This document shows positions 1-8,944 of a stretch of 64,000 bases of DNA, one piece after another. The translations under genes were made by a program, and so were the position numbers. The DNA lies in IMG/VR virus record IMGVR_UViG_3300013006_000018; one strand, given 5' to 3'. Each line of letters starts with the position of its first letter. The first letter of the stretch is position 1. Below the pieces are notes generated by a model, which was not told the DNA's origin, did not search any database, and worked only from the letters and a program-made list of their open reading frames with translations. Source of the DNA: a virus.

Positions 1-315
1 CTTGCTCGTCTTAAGCTTCTTAAGAAACCAAAAGGTAACCGTAAGAGATTAAGTGATGAAGAAATACGTGTTCAAGAAGAGCAGACTGTGATAAAAGAAA
101 AAGAGTATTTTGAGTTTACCGAAAAACTTAATACCTGCAAGAAGACATGGATTGAGTGGGCTACAGGAGGGTCTAATAAATGTCAGGTTGCAAATGGAGG
201 TACATGCATTCGACCAGACATCTACTATAACCGGGAATATGATAAATCAGGGCGTTGTTTTACCTGCCCTTACCACGAGCACTGTCTCTGCACGAACAAA
301 GAAGTTAGAGCTTAA
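1..315 (+). CDS. Cys-rich hypothetical protein, 5' truncated (putative Zn-binding)
   Basis: Frame 1 is open from position 1; C-terminal CFTCPYHEHCLC cluster. Confidence 0.6.
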   Translation, partial: LARLKLLKKPKGNRKRLSDEEIRVQEEQTVIKEKEYFEFTEKLNTCKKTWIEWATGGSNKCQVANGGTCIRPDIYYNREYDKSGRCFTCPYHEHCLCTNKEVRA

Positions 316-1421
316 TAACCGTCGTAATTCTTTTTAAAGAGTGCCTCTTTCCGGGCGTACTCTACAATTTTTTCGTGTTCAAGTAGTTCCCGGGGCCGTC
401 TTTCATGGCGGATAACATAGACAATTACTATATCACCAACTTCCATAAGGAAGGCTAGTAGTAAGCAAACAAGAGCTGTTACTTCAAGATGAAGTAATGC
501 CTCAAACGATAAGCGAATAATATTATCTGAACCAGTTATTTCTACAGGTGTGTAATTCACTTTAACTTTCGAAGCTATTGTAGAAAGGAGGCCGTTTGCT
601 TGAATAACAGACTGCTCTAATTCCCGAAATGTTTTTGCAGCATTGATACCCTTCTTAACTTCTTCAAGCTTGTTATCAATTAATTGATTTGCAGCTTTAA
701 GAGTCTTTATTTCATCTTGTGTCTGTTCTTTAACTCTTTGTGATTCTCTATTGATGCTTTCTTTTGATGCCTTGGATTCAAGATCGTATGTACTTTGCAG
801 TCTTCTTGCTTCTGACTGTAGTTCTTTTGTTCTGGGGCCATCGCCAGGTTTACCTGATAGATAATCTGCTCGAACACCGAGCTTTTCATCTATTACCTTT
901 TGGTTGGCATCGTTTATATCTCTTAAGACATCTGTATGTTTTTTAGAATATTGCTCTTCAATAGATAGCATAGTGTCTCTTTCTTTTTCTTTAATTGTTT
1001 GCTCTTCCAGTTGAGATGCTTTTTTACTAGCAGCTTCAAATTCATTTAGCTTCTGTGATATGGTTAATTTGCTTATTTTGATAGAATCTTGTAATCCGGT
1101 TTCTGAATATAAGCCTGCAAAGTCAAATATAGTAGGTAGGAGACTAAGAAAAGCGCATAATATAGCAGCTTTACGAGGGAATTTATCTCTACCAAACAGT
1201 ATAATTTTAACGCAATAAGGTAGGCCAACAACACCGAGACTTGTTAATCCTACTAAAAACCAATTCCACGAAACGAGAATTAGACTTAATGCATGAAAGG
1301 CAAAACAGTAAGCTGCTGTGATTATGACCCAATAGACGATATCAATGGCTTGAGCTGATATTTTATGGGAAGTATCAAATCCAAATATAGTCTGGTAACG
1401 TTGTTTTATAGCTTCTATCAT
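312..1421 (-). CDS. Multi-TM membrane protein with long coiled coil (DUF4407-like)
   Basis: Three N-terminal hydrophobic helices, K/E/Q coiled coil containing GKPGDGPR, C-terminal TM helix; TAAATA 5 nt upstream. Confidence 0.6.
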   Translation of the reverse strand: MIEAIKQRYQTIFGFDTSHKISAQAIDIVYWVIITAAYCFAFHALSLILVSWNWFLVGLTSLGVVGLPYCVKIILFGRDKFPRKAAILCAFLSLLPTIFDFAGLYSETGLQDSIKISKLTISQKLNEFEAASKKASQLEEQTIKEKERDTMLSIEEQYSKKHTDVLRDINDANQKVIDEKLGVRADYLSGKPGDGPRTKELQSEARRLQSTYDLESKASKESINRESQRVKEQTQDEIKTLKAANQLIDNKLEEVKKGINAAKTFRELEQSVIQANGLLSTIASKVKVNYTPVEITGSDNIIRLSFEALLHLEVTALVCLLLAFLMEVGDIVIVYVIRHERRPRELLEHEKIVEYARKEALFKKNYDGY

Positions 1422-1432
1422 TCATATATTTA

Positions 1433-1630
1433 TTACTTACCCCACCAATTAGGCTTCTTATACTGAGGGTCTCCACTCTCAACCCACGGTACAGAACCTA
1501 GTACAGTTTGACCATCATAAGGACCGCTTTGATGAGCCGATTCCGGTGGTGGCGTGAACCCACTACCATGTGCGCATCCGCTCACGATAATGGCTGTTAT
1601 GATTAGAAGTATATAGTCTATCTTTTTCAT
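1433..1630 (-). CDS. Small lipoprotein
   Basis: Start reassigned to ATG 1630 (MKKIDYILLIITAIIVSG|C lipobox), downstream of TTGACT-N16-TATAAT. Confidence 0.65.
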   Translation of the reverse strand: MKKIDYILLIITAIIVSGCAHGSGFTPPPESAHQSGPYDGQTVLGSVPWVESGDPQYKKPNWWGK

Positions 1631-1636
1631 GACTAT

Positions 1637-1664
1637 ATTATAAATGAAATGCAAATATAGTCAA
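1637..1664 (-). promoter_or_regulatory. Sigma70-like promoter TTGACT-N16-TATAAT, 6 nt before ATG 1630
   Basis: Near-consensus -35 and -10 boxes read on the minus strand. Confidence 0.6.
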
Positions 1665-1684
1665 GCTATATAACTACTTGATAA

Positions 1685-1870
1685 TCAATTGTTTATATAG
1701 TTGTAGAAGTACTCGTAATTACCAGAGAGCAGTAAATCAATAGGGGCCTTATCCTTAAAAGCTCTATGCGGTGTGGACAACCATATATCCAGGCTAGTAT
1801 CAAATGCTTTTTCTTTAAGCTTATTGACAATAAGCTGCTGTTCGTAATTAAGCTTTGTACCTTCGATCAC
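1685..1870 (-). CDS. Stand-alone Xre/MbcA/ParS antitoxin C-terminal (toxin-binding)-like domain
   Basis: WLSTPHRAFKDKAPIDLL matches the WLxxPxxxLxxxxPxDLL signature. Confidence 0.6.
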   Translation of the reverse strand: MIEGTKLNYEQQLIVNKLKEKAFDTSLDIWLSTPHRAFKDKAPIDLLLSGNYEYFYNYINN

Positions 1871-2091
1871 TTCTTTTTCTTAGGAGTCTTCTTCTTAGCA
1901 GCAGTCTTTTTCTTGACAGCTTTCTTTACGGGCTCGGGTTCTTCTTCAAAATAATCAAGATCGTCCTGGAATTTATCGCCAGAAATCTTGTCTTTAATTG
2001 TATATCCAATATCTCTAATCTTATCTCCGATGGAATAGTAAACGTCATAAGCCTTGAATACGATATCGTCAATTAGGTCTTTTATATTCAT
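1867..2091 (-). CDS. Hypothetical protein with histone-H1-like Lys/Ala tail
   Basis: [19 protein letters not shown]; TATAAATA 5 nt upstream. Confidence 0.6.
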   Translation of the reverse strand: MNIKDLIDDIVFKAYDVYYSIGDKIRDIGYTIKDKISGDKFQDDLDYFEEEPEPVKKAVKKKTAAKKKTPKKKK

Positions 2092-2136
2092 ACAGTTATT
2101 TATATTGTATTCGTTTTTTTTCCCATAAATAGTATT
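2092..2136. promoter_or_regulatory. Divergent pair of T4-type late promoters (TAAATA at 2097-2102 minus, 2126-2131 plus)
   Basis: Each lies exactly 5 nt before its ATG. Confidence 0.65.
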
Positions 2137-2733
2137 ATGGGAGCCTATATCTTTAAGGTATGTAACAATACCGGTATTGAAAAACCAGGGCCTCCTAGAC
2201 CTTCTGCCACGCCGACCCCAACTGCAACTCCGACCTTAACGCCAACAAATACACAAACACCTTCTGTTACGCCGACTAATACTCTCACACCTTCTGTTAC
2301 TCCGACCAATACTCTTACACCCACATTCACACCTACCAGATCACCGACACCGACACAAACAATGACGCCTACCTCACCTTATACAACAGCTACAAGTACA
2401 CCCTCACATACACCTACAGCTACACCGAATCCTTTCCAATATACTATTATTGCAAACGATTCTCCTACACCAGATACATTAGAGGGTGTTTCAATATTCT
2501 CACCGCTTTATAAAGATCGGTTCTACTTTAGTGGAGCAGATCCAGGCATCATACCAGCTATTCCTCCAATGAGAATATATGTTAATGGTATCTATAGATG
2601 TCAAATTGACTTCTTGATCTTGCGTGGTGGTCAAGGCTTTGGCTTTAGTACAGAAGAATGGACTGGGCGGAATCCTCAATTCTTCGGTACCTTTGCAACA
2701 ACTAACCCAAATATAGTAAATTTCTTTACATGA
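2137..2733 (+). CDS. Pro/Thr mucin-like stalk protein with unnamed ~100-aa C-terminal domain (putative virion decoration)
   Basis: About 75 aa of TPT repeats; head paralogous to an internal domain of 53620..56169. Confidence 0.7.
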   Translation: MGAYIFKVCNNTGIEKPGPPRPSATPTPTATPTLTPTNTQTPSVTPTNTLTPSVTPTNTLTPTFTPTRSPTPTQTMTPTSPYTTATSTPSHTPTATPNPFQYTIIANDSPTPDTLEGVSIFSPLYKDRFYFSGADPGIIPAIPPMRIYVNGIYRCQIDFLILRGGQGFGFSTEEWTGRNPQFFGTFATTNPNIVNFFT

Positions 2734-3572
2734 ACAATATTTTTTCAGTATTACATGGTCAGAGTTTTAGAGTAAAAGCACAAAAAGGGGTTGTACCAGG
2801 TATTCCTCCTATTGCTTCTCCTACACCCACACAAACCTCTACACCTACAAACACCCCTACAAATACACCCACACCAACAAATACTCCTTCTCTAACACCT
2901 ACCATGACACAGACACCTACAATGGGTATAACACCTTCAATAACCCGTACACCGTCTAATACACCCACAATGACCCCCACAGGTACCCCCGGGGCAACAT
3001 TGACACCGACAGCTACACCACAAATCACTCCTTCAACTACACAAACACCGACAGCTACACCTGTTAATAAGACGACAATACCCTTCAAATATTTGATAGC
3101 CAGATATGCATGGAATAATACAGGTACAGACTTTGATATATTAAATGCAATTAATAATATTCCTGGAAATGCGAATAATTATGTCCCTGTTGGCTTCTGT
3201 CCGGCGAGGACGATTGTGGGTTCATTATCATGGGGTGGTGACGTTAAAGGCACCACGGGTAGTGAATATACAGCTCTCGACTATAATGCATTATCAGCCG
3301 TAGCATTGGCTGCAGGCGCTACGACATTCGATATGGGATTAACCGGTCAATGGTCTACTAACTTTACATCTGGTGCAATAAGTCTTGAAGTCACAACATA
3401 TTCAGGCGGTACTATCGTTAGGTCAGGTACTATTCTTTACGCGACCGGGCCTTTGCTACAAACATTTACCGTACAGAAGACTGTAACTGTTGCGGGTGAT
3501 TGTACTATAACACCAAGAGAATTTGGTAAAATAACATTCAACATAAATGATGGATCTGCTTATATACAATAA
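2730..3572 (+). CDS. Pro/Thr mucin-like stalk protein with beta-rich C-terminal head
   Basis: About 85 aa PT repeat, no signal peptide, ATGA-coupled to the previous gene. Confidence 0.7.
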   Translation: MNNIFSVLHGQSFRVKAQKGVVPGIPPIASPTPTQTSTPTNTPTNTPTPTNTPSLTPTMTQTPTMGITPSITRTPSNTPTMTPTGTPGATLTPTATPQITPSTTQTPTATPVNKTTIPFKYLIARYAWNNTGTDFDILNAINNIPGNANNYVPVGFCPARTIVGSLSWGGDVKGTTGSEYTALDYNALSAVALAAGATTFDMGLTGQWSTNFTSGAISLEVTTYSGGTIVRSGTILYATGPLLQTFTVQKTVTVAGDCTITPREFGKITFNINDGSAYIQ

Positions 3573-3611
3573 GTTTTTTTGTAAATAGTAACGGTTTAGA
3601 TAAATAATGTT

Positions 3612-5522
3612 ATGGCAAGTAATGCACGGTTTCATAATAAATGGCATAGAAGAAACCACCATTCTCAATCGTCTCCGGACTATCCAGATTCGGCAACAGA
3701 TCCAATTGCATCACCAGAAGAGCCTTTTATTGGTGATTTTGTAATTTCTGGTAATTTAAGCGCGTCAAAAAATCTATTCATCGATCAAGATGCTACCATA
3801 CAAGGTAGTTTATCCGTATTAGGCAACTTTACATATCTAGACACTATAGTATCTGTAACTAGCGCTCTTTCTGTTATTAATTCAGGAACAGGGCCAGCGT
3901 TAACCGTTGTACAAAACGGGCCACAACCTATTGCAAGATTCATCGATGGTGATGCATCCGGCGGCCAACGGTACGCCCTATACATTGATAATAACGGGTA
4001 TGTAACTATTAATGGTGATATACCTTATCAAAAGTTTGATCCAGTCTATGGTGCGGTTCGATCTGCGCAACTTGCAGTTTCCGGTAACATTCTAGCAGGT
4101 GGGAATATTCAATATGAAGCAAAGAAACAAAATTGTATTTATGTTAGTACTTCCGGTGTGGATACAAACTCAGGTTTAAATCCCTCGGTGCCCGTACGTA
4201 CAATTAAGAAAGCTGCTAAAGTTGCGTTTGATGTATACGGGCCAAATAAAAGTACTATTTTTGTAGAGACAGGTGATTACTCGGAACTGAATCCTATCTA
4301 TCTCACTCCAGGTACATCTCTCATTGGTGATAACATAAGACGTACAACCATTCGCCCGATAAATAAACAATACGATATTTTATGGTGTAATAATGCATGT
4401 TATGTATGGGGATTTACCTTTAGAGATCATTTAGCTCCATCAGCTGCAACAGCGTTTCCTATTTTAAATTCTACAAATCCTCAATATGTTGTTGCCTTCA
4501 ATACACCGGGTTATACAATTGATACAACACGTACAGGTCCCCCGTTCGGTTTACCTATAGTATCCAAACCTTTTATTAGTACTAGCCCTTATATACAAGG
4601 CTGCAGCTCAATTACAACAGGTACGAACGGTATCAGCGCAGGTTGCGGTATACGGGCAGACGGTGCCCTTGCTTCTGGTTATTTGAGAAGTTTTGTTACT
4701 GACTCATTCACACAATTTAATCAAGGTGGTATTGGTATACATATTCTTAATAACGGATACGCTCAACTAGTTAGTACCTTTACTATTTGTACTACAGAAG
4801 GTATCTTGTGTGAGACCGGCGGTCAATGCAGTATCAGTACATCAAACTGTTCGTTTGGTTTATCTGGCTTAGTAGCTCGTGGTAAGTCTTGGTACCCGGT
4901 ACTAACCGGTACACAGATAAATACAACCCCTCTAGGTGAAAATTATATCGATGTACAAGCAGTGACACCCCGTCCATTTAATATCAATCAAATAACGAAC
5001 CCCGCTTTGACTGCCATACCGGTTACAGAGCCTTACCCCGGTTTAATCATTAAAGTACAAGATGACCCGGCTAGTAATTATGACCCGTTATTAAATCCTA
5101 CCGGTAAAGCTATCTACCATAGTATCCGAAGTGTAAGTGCTGTTGATGTAAATGCATACAAATATAGAATTACATTTACTTCTAATGTTACAGCACCCTT
5201 AACAGCTTCTGCTTTAGAACCAAAATATGTAGAAATGTATCTAAGAAGTCAGATCGCTTCTGCATCTCATGCTTTTGAATATATTGGTACAGGCACTATT
5301 CTCGAGCAGGCGGTGCCTTCATTGGGAGGTGAGCCGGACAACAGTCTTGAAGCGGTTTTTGCTGACGACGGTATTGTTTATTATACAAGTACCAATGAGG
5401 CAGGTAATTTTAAGGTAGGTAATGGGTTTACTGTTGTACAGTCAATAGGCCGAATTCAAGGCAGAGCTTTCGATAGATCAATTTTAGCGTTAGTAACACC
5501 ATTGGTATTAGCATTGGAATAA
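3612..5522 (+). CDS. Virion structural / tail-fibre protein with beta-helix-like region
   Basis: IYVSTSGVDTNSG...RTIKKA, SPYIQGCS and DSFTQFNQGG...GYAQLVS motifs typical of T4-like cyanophage-type virion proteins; TAAATA 3601-3606. Confidence 0.7.
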   Translation: MASNARFHNKWHRRNHHSQSSPDYPDSATDPIASPEEPFIGDFVISGNLSASKNLFIDQDATIQGSLSVLGNFTYLDTIVSVTSALSVINSGTGPALTVVQNGPQPIARFIDGDASGGQRYALYIDNNGYVTINGDIPYQKFDPVYGAVRSAQLAVSGNILAGGNIQYEAKKQNCIYVSTSGVDTNSGLNPSVPVRTIKKAAKVAFDVYGPNKSTIFVETGDYSELNPIYLTPGTSLIGDNIRRTTIRPINKQYDILWCNNACYVWGFTFRDHLAPSAATAFPILNSTNPQYVVAFNTPGYTIDTTRTGPPFGLPIVSKPFISTSPYIQGCSSITTGTNGISAGCGIRADGALASGYLRSFVTDSFTQFNQGGIGIHILNNGYAQLVSTFTICTTEGILCETGGQCSISTSNCSFGLSGLVARGKSWYPVLTGTQINTTPLGENYIDVQAVTPRPFNINQITNPALTAIPVTEPYPGLIIKVQDDPASNYDPLLNPTGKAIYHSIRSVSAVDVNAYKYRITFTSNVTAPLTASALEPKYVEMYLRSQIASASHAFEYIGTGTILEQAVPSLGGEPDNSLEAVFADDGIVYYTSTNEAGNFKVGNGFTVVQSIGRIQGRAFDRSILALVTPLVLALE

Positions 5523-5533
5523 TAAATAATAAT

Positions 5534-5896
5534 ATGGCTGATCTACCTCTTAATTATTTTGTTAGAAGAACATTAACTTTGTCACCTGTTACAACAGGAG
5601 CTTACACAGCTCCTTACGATAGAGCGTCAATTATATTAGCAGCTTATGCTTCTAATTATACAGCAGGTGACGTAACGGTCACGGTAGGTATCTCTGGTAA
5701 AGGGGGATCATTTGTACCTACAAGACCCTATTATGATCATATAAAGAACTTCACGATTCCTGCTTACGATACAGTTAACATTGCACCCAATCGCTTGTTA
5801 TTAGAACAATACGATGTAATCATAGCAAGCTGTAACAATGTAAATTCATGTAATTTAAATTTAAGTATTCTCGAGACTATTAATACGGCTTCATAG
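5534..5896 (+). CDS. Small conserved tail-associated virion protein
   Basis: YTAP..SIIL..SN..VTV..IPA.D..LLLE..D pattern; follows the fibre gene; TAAATA 5523-5528. Confidence 0.6.
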   Translation: MADLPLNYFVRRTLTLSPVTTGAYTAPYDRASIILAAYASNYTAGDVTVTVGISGKGGSFVPTRPYYDHIKNFTIPAYDTVNIAPNRLLLEQYDVIIASCNNVNSCNLNLSILETINTAS

Positions 5897-5898
5897 TA

Positions 5899-6777
5899 AT
5901 GAATTACTCGTTTGAAACCATTAGCGGTAAAGTCCGTCTAAGAACCCCCATGCAATCGGATATCGATCCGGTGCGCTATAAGTTCTTAAATTTAATTAAC
6001 GCAGAACCTAATTTAGGTATACCAAAAGATCCAGGTACTGTAGGGGGAATGCGCTACATGCTACTCTCTAATACCTCTGATGGTCTTGCACCTTGGAGAG
6101 TATGGTCATATTTAAATCCGAAGATAGCTATAGATAGTATTCAGAATTCATTAGCTTTTGGGGATAATGCTACAATCAATAATGCGAATAGCTTTATTTT
6201 TAGCAATTACAAATATACAAATAATAATCCCTATAACAGTCAAACATTTAGTGATTATTCATACGGGATTTATTCTTTAAGCGGTATTTTTCTTTATAAT
6301 GCTACAACGATTGGTGATCCGGCTAGCGCCACATACTTTGTAGTTACGGAAACCGGGTTTGTTGGTATTAAAACAGATGCACCTGCTGTAGAGCTTACCG
6401 TTTCAGGTAGTGTGAGTGCCAATGGTAGTTTAACTATAAATGGAAATTCTACTTTAGGTAATAATGCATCCGACACAACAATTATACGAGGGACTACGAA
6501 AATTGCCGATAGTACATCTACAAATGGAATTTTATTTGGTTCAGGTGATACCTCTTATGATGTAAATTTATACAGGCATTCCGCAAATGTTATAAGAACA
6601 GACGATACATTAGTTTCTACGGCTCTGAGCTCTGTGGGAGGTTTATCTGGTGCAAGCGTAACACTAACTAATGCATATACAGTAGTACCTACATCAGTTG
6701 CTGATACAGGTGCATTTTTAATTATAACTGTTAATGGTAATTCAAAAGCTATCAGACTCTGGGATTATACTTTATGA
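5899..6777 (+). CDS. Putative tail-fibre protein
   Basis: AEPNLG, GFVGIKTDAP..LTVSGSVSA and DVNLYR fibre-type motifs. Confidence 0.6.
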   Translation: MNYSFETISGKVRLRTPMQSDIDPVRYKFLNLINAEPNLGIPKDPGTVGGMRYMLLSNTSDGLAPWRVWSYLNPKIAIDSIQNSLAFGDNATINNANSFIFSNYKYTNNNPYNSQTFSDYSYGIYSLSGIFLYNATTIGDPASATYFVVTETGFVGIKTDAPAVELTVSGSVSANGSLTINGNSTLGNNASDTTIIRGTTKIADSTSTNGILFGSGDTSYDVNLYRHSANVIRTDDTLVSTALSSVGGLSGASVTLTNAYTVVPTSVADTGAFLIITVNGNSKAIRLWDYTL

Positions 6778-7724
6778 TAATTACAAACACACAAAATAAT
6801 TCCTTTACTCAACCCATAAGTACTGTTGGTGGTACAAGTACCAGCTGGAATAGTAACTATACCACCGTCAATACTCAATCAGCAGCTATTGCTTCAGTAT
6901 ATACCACCGTCAATGCTCAATCAGCAGCTAATGCTTCAGTATATACCACCGTCAATGCTCAATCAGCAGCTAATGCTTCAGTATATACCACCGTCAATGC
7001 TAATAGTGCTACATGGGGAAATACCGCTAATAATATATCTTCGCTATCAGGTAACGGTACATTTAATTTATACGCAAGAAATATAAATTTAGGGAACACA
7101 ACTAATTGGACCAGTGCGATAAGTATTCCAGGTAACATAAATGATTTAACCGGGGGTAGCCCTTGCATTGTCACTGATATTGTGTGTCTAATAGTAAGTA
7201 GATCATTAGGTCCAACATCTACTCCAACAACTGGTATCTTGTTTGTAACCCCTCCTAGTTTTTCATTAGAAAGTAACTCAGGTAATAGTTTTTGTAGTAG
7301 CCTTGGAATTGGTAATAGACCTTTTGCAGGCAATTATTACAGAACAGCTAACGGTGTGGGTTCTGCTAATAGCTCAGGTAAATACACATACAACGGGATT
7401 AGTGGAACTAGTGCTAGAGCACATAGCGCAACTTTACCAACTTTTCTTACTACCACACTTACAAGTGCGATTGATGCAATTGTCACCAATTTACCAGTGA
7501 ATGCTAATAACGCTTTTAGCGGTAACGATTTTCATATTAAAGTCGATAATGAAATCATGTATGTATCAGCTGGAGGTGGTAGCGCTGGTATGACGATTAT
7601 ACGGGGTCAGCTTGGTACAGTTGCAGCATCACATGCATTAGGTGCAACAGTGACAACCAACATTGCAACTAGTGATATATTACTGGCAGATATATGTTTT
7701 GTTATAAAGAGATTTAATAGTTAA
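6774..7724 (+). CDS. Putative fibre/virion protein with 14-aa tandem repeats
   Basis: YTTVNAQSAANASV repeats; C-terminal IKVDNEIMYV...RGQLGTVAASH..GATV module. Confidence 0.6.
   Translation: MIITNTQNNSFTQPISTVGGTSTSWNSNYTTVNTQSAAIASVYTTVNAQSAANASVYTTVNAQSAANASVYTTVNANSATWGNTANNISSLSGNGTFNLYARNINLGNTTNWTSAISIPGNINDLTGGSPCIVTDIVCLIVSRSLGPTSTPTTGILFVTPPSFSLESNSGNSFCSSLGIGNRPFAGNYYRTANGVGSANSSGKYTYNGISGTSARAHSATLPTFLTTTLTSAIDAIVTNLPVNANNAFSGNDFHIKVDNEIMYVSAGGGSAGMTIIRGQLGTVAASHALGATVTTNIATSDILLADICFVIKRFNS
6858..7001 (+). repeat. 42-bp coding tandem repeat, ~3.4 copies
   Basis: tataccaccgtcaatgctcaatcagcagctaatgcttcagta units starting at 6858, 6900, 6942 and 6984. Confidence 0.9.
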
Positions 7725-7732
7725 TATCTACA

Positions 7733-8144
7733 TGGACCTGCTGGGAGTCGAACCCAGGTCTTGAATAATTTCATTTATAAGCACTACAAGTTTATTTTAG
7801 TTGATATTTCATAAGGATTAAACTAAGCGAAAAGCCCTTACTCATAACAATTTTATACGTATAAACTATTAATTGTTATAACCCAATTTATACGAAGGTT
7901 AGTAACACGCTCCATCTTACAAACCTTAATCTACAATGGAACGCTCAAGTTAGTTAAACTAACTCAAGGGTGGCTTCTGAGTCTTCAAAGCCAGCTACTG
8001 CAAGGATTGCATCAGCTTCTTCTAGACTCATGGCCATGTCGAATGTTTCATCGGCATTTAATGTTGTTTTGCTATTGGTAAACCGGCATGCCCCGGTACT
8101 TGCTCTCATGAACTCCACTGTTCAATCGATTCCAATTCAGGCCC
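7733..8144 (-). ncRNA. ssrA: tmRNA (transfer-messenger RNA)
   Basis: 5' GGGCCTG pairs with 3' CAGGTCC-A including a G3:U70 pair; T-arm GGGTTCGACTCCC; internal tag ORF 8055-7954 after TAAAT|GCC. Confidence 0.92.
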
Positions 8145-8177
8145 ATTTCAAAGAACTGCACTGCTTCACACCCATAC

Positions 8178-8206
8178 ATTATAATATGAGGATATAATGA
8201 TATCAA
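8178..8206 (-). promoter_or_regulatory. Sigma70-like promoter for the tmRNA (TTGATA-N17-TATAAT)
   Basis: Perfect -10 box, 17-nt spacer, about 30 nt upstream of the tmRNA 5' end. Confidence 0.7.
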
Positions 8207-8207
8207 C

Positions 8208-8281
8208 TAGCGGGGGCAGGATTTGAACCTGCGACCTTCTGGTTATGAGCCAGCTGAGCTACCGGACTGCTCCACCCCGCA
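8208..8281 (-). tRNA. trnM: tRNA-Met(CAT), initiator-like
   Basis: Cloverleaf; U1xU72 mismatch, A11-U24, anticodon loop CTCATAA. Confidence 0.9.
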
Positions 8282-8296
8282 AGTAAGAGTATAATA

Positions 8297-8893
8297 CTAT
8301 TTAAGCCAAATATAAGCTGGGTCCAATGCATTGGTATCAAGATAATCCCATACCTTCCAATTATTGGTCTTTTTAACAGCTTCCACTAGGTTTGCAAGTA
8401 ATGCATTCAGATCATCAATATGCCATACATCATCAAGTAACTTTTTACCTGTTACCCGAGATTTATGTGCTATATGATCTGAATATGAGTATGCAAAACC
8501 AGTGAAGGGCGGTATCATACAACCCATGGAACAAAGAACCCCTTGCATGCGCGATACAATCTCCTTCCCCCCTACAGAATGCATGGTAACTATGACACTT
8601 ACCGGTTTACCCACTAAATGCTTTTTACCTTCAATCTGAGTCATCTTTTCAAATAACTGTTGCATCGGAGACCCCCAGGAATCCCAATATGTTCCTGAAC
8701 AAAATAATAAGCCATCACTGGTCCTAATAGTCTTACGTGCTCTTAACCAATCGAAACTAGGGGATAGATTTAATACACATACTTTTATAGAAGGATCTAT
8801 TTTTTGGAGTATTTTTCGGATCTTATTAATCAGCTGACCGGTGTTGCCAGAACGACCTCCAAGAGACCCATTTATAATAGAAATCTTCACCAC
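8297..8893 (-). CDS. NAD(P)H-dependent FMN reductase (flavodoxin-like)
   Basis: IINGSLGGRSGNT, SDGLLFCSGTYW and GKPV..VT.HSVGG motifs. Confidence 0.8.
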   Translation of the reverse strand: MVKISIINGSLGGRSGNTGQLINKIRKILQKIDPSIKVCVLNLSPSFDWLRARKTIRTSDGLLFCSGTYWDSWGSPMQQLFEKMTQIEGKKHLVGKPVSVIVTMHSVGGKEIVSRMQGVLCSMGCMIPPFTGFAYSYSDHIAHKSRVTGKKLLDDVWHIDDLNALLANLVEAVKKTNNWKVWDYLDTNALDPAYIWLK

Positions 8894-8944
8894 ATAATGA
8901 TAGTGGAACCCATTTAGTTATCAAGAAAATTATTAAATATAGAT

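Noticed and set aside
312-1630. Spanin pair (coiled-coil membrane protein plus lipoprotein)
   Set aside because: The membrane protein has about 4 TM helices and its own late box; the lipoprotein is upstream with a sigma70-type promoter, unlike Rz/Rz1
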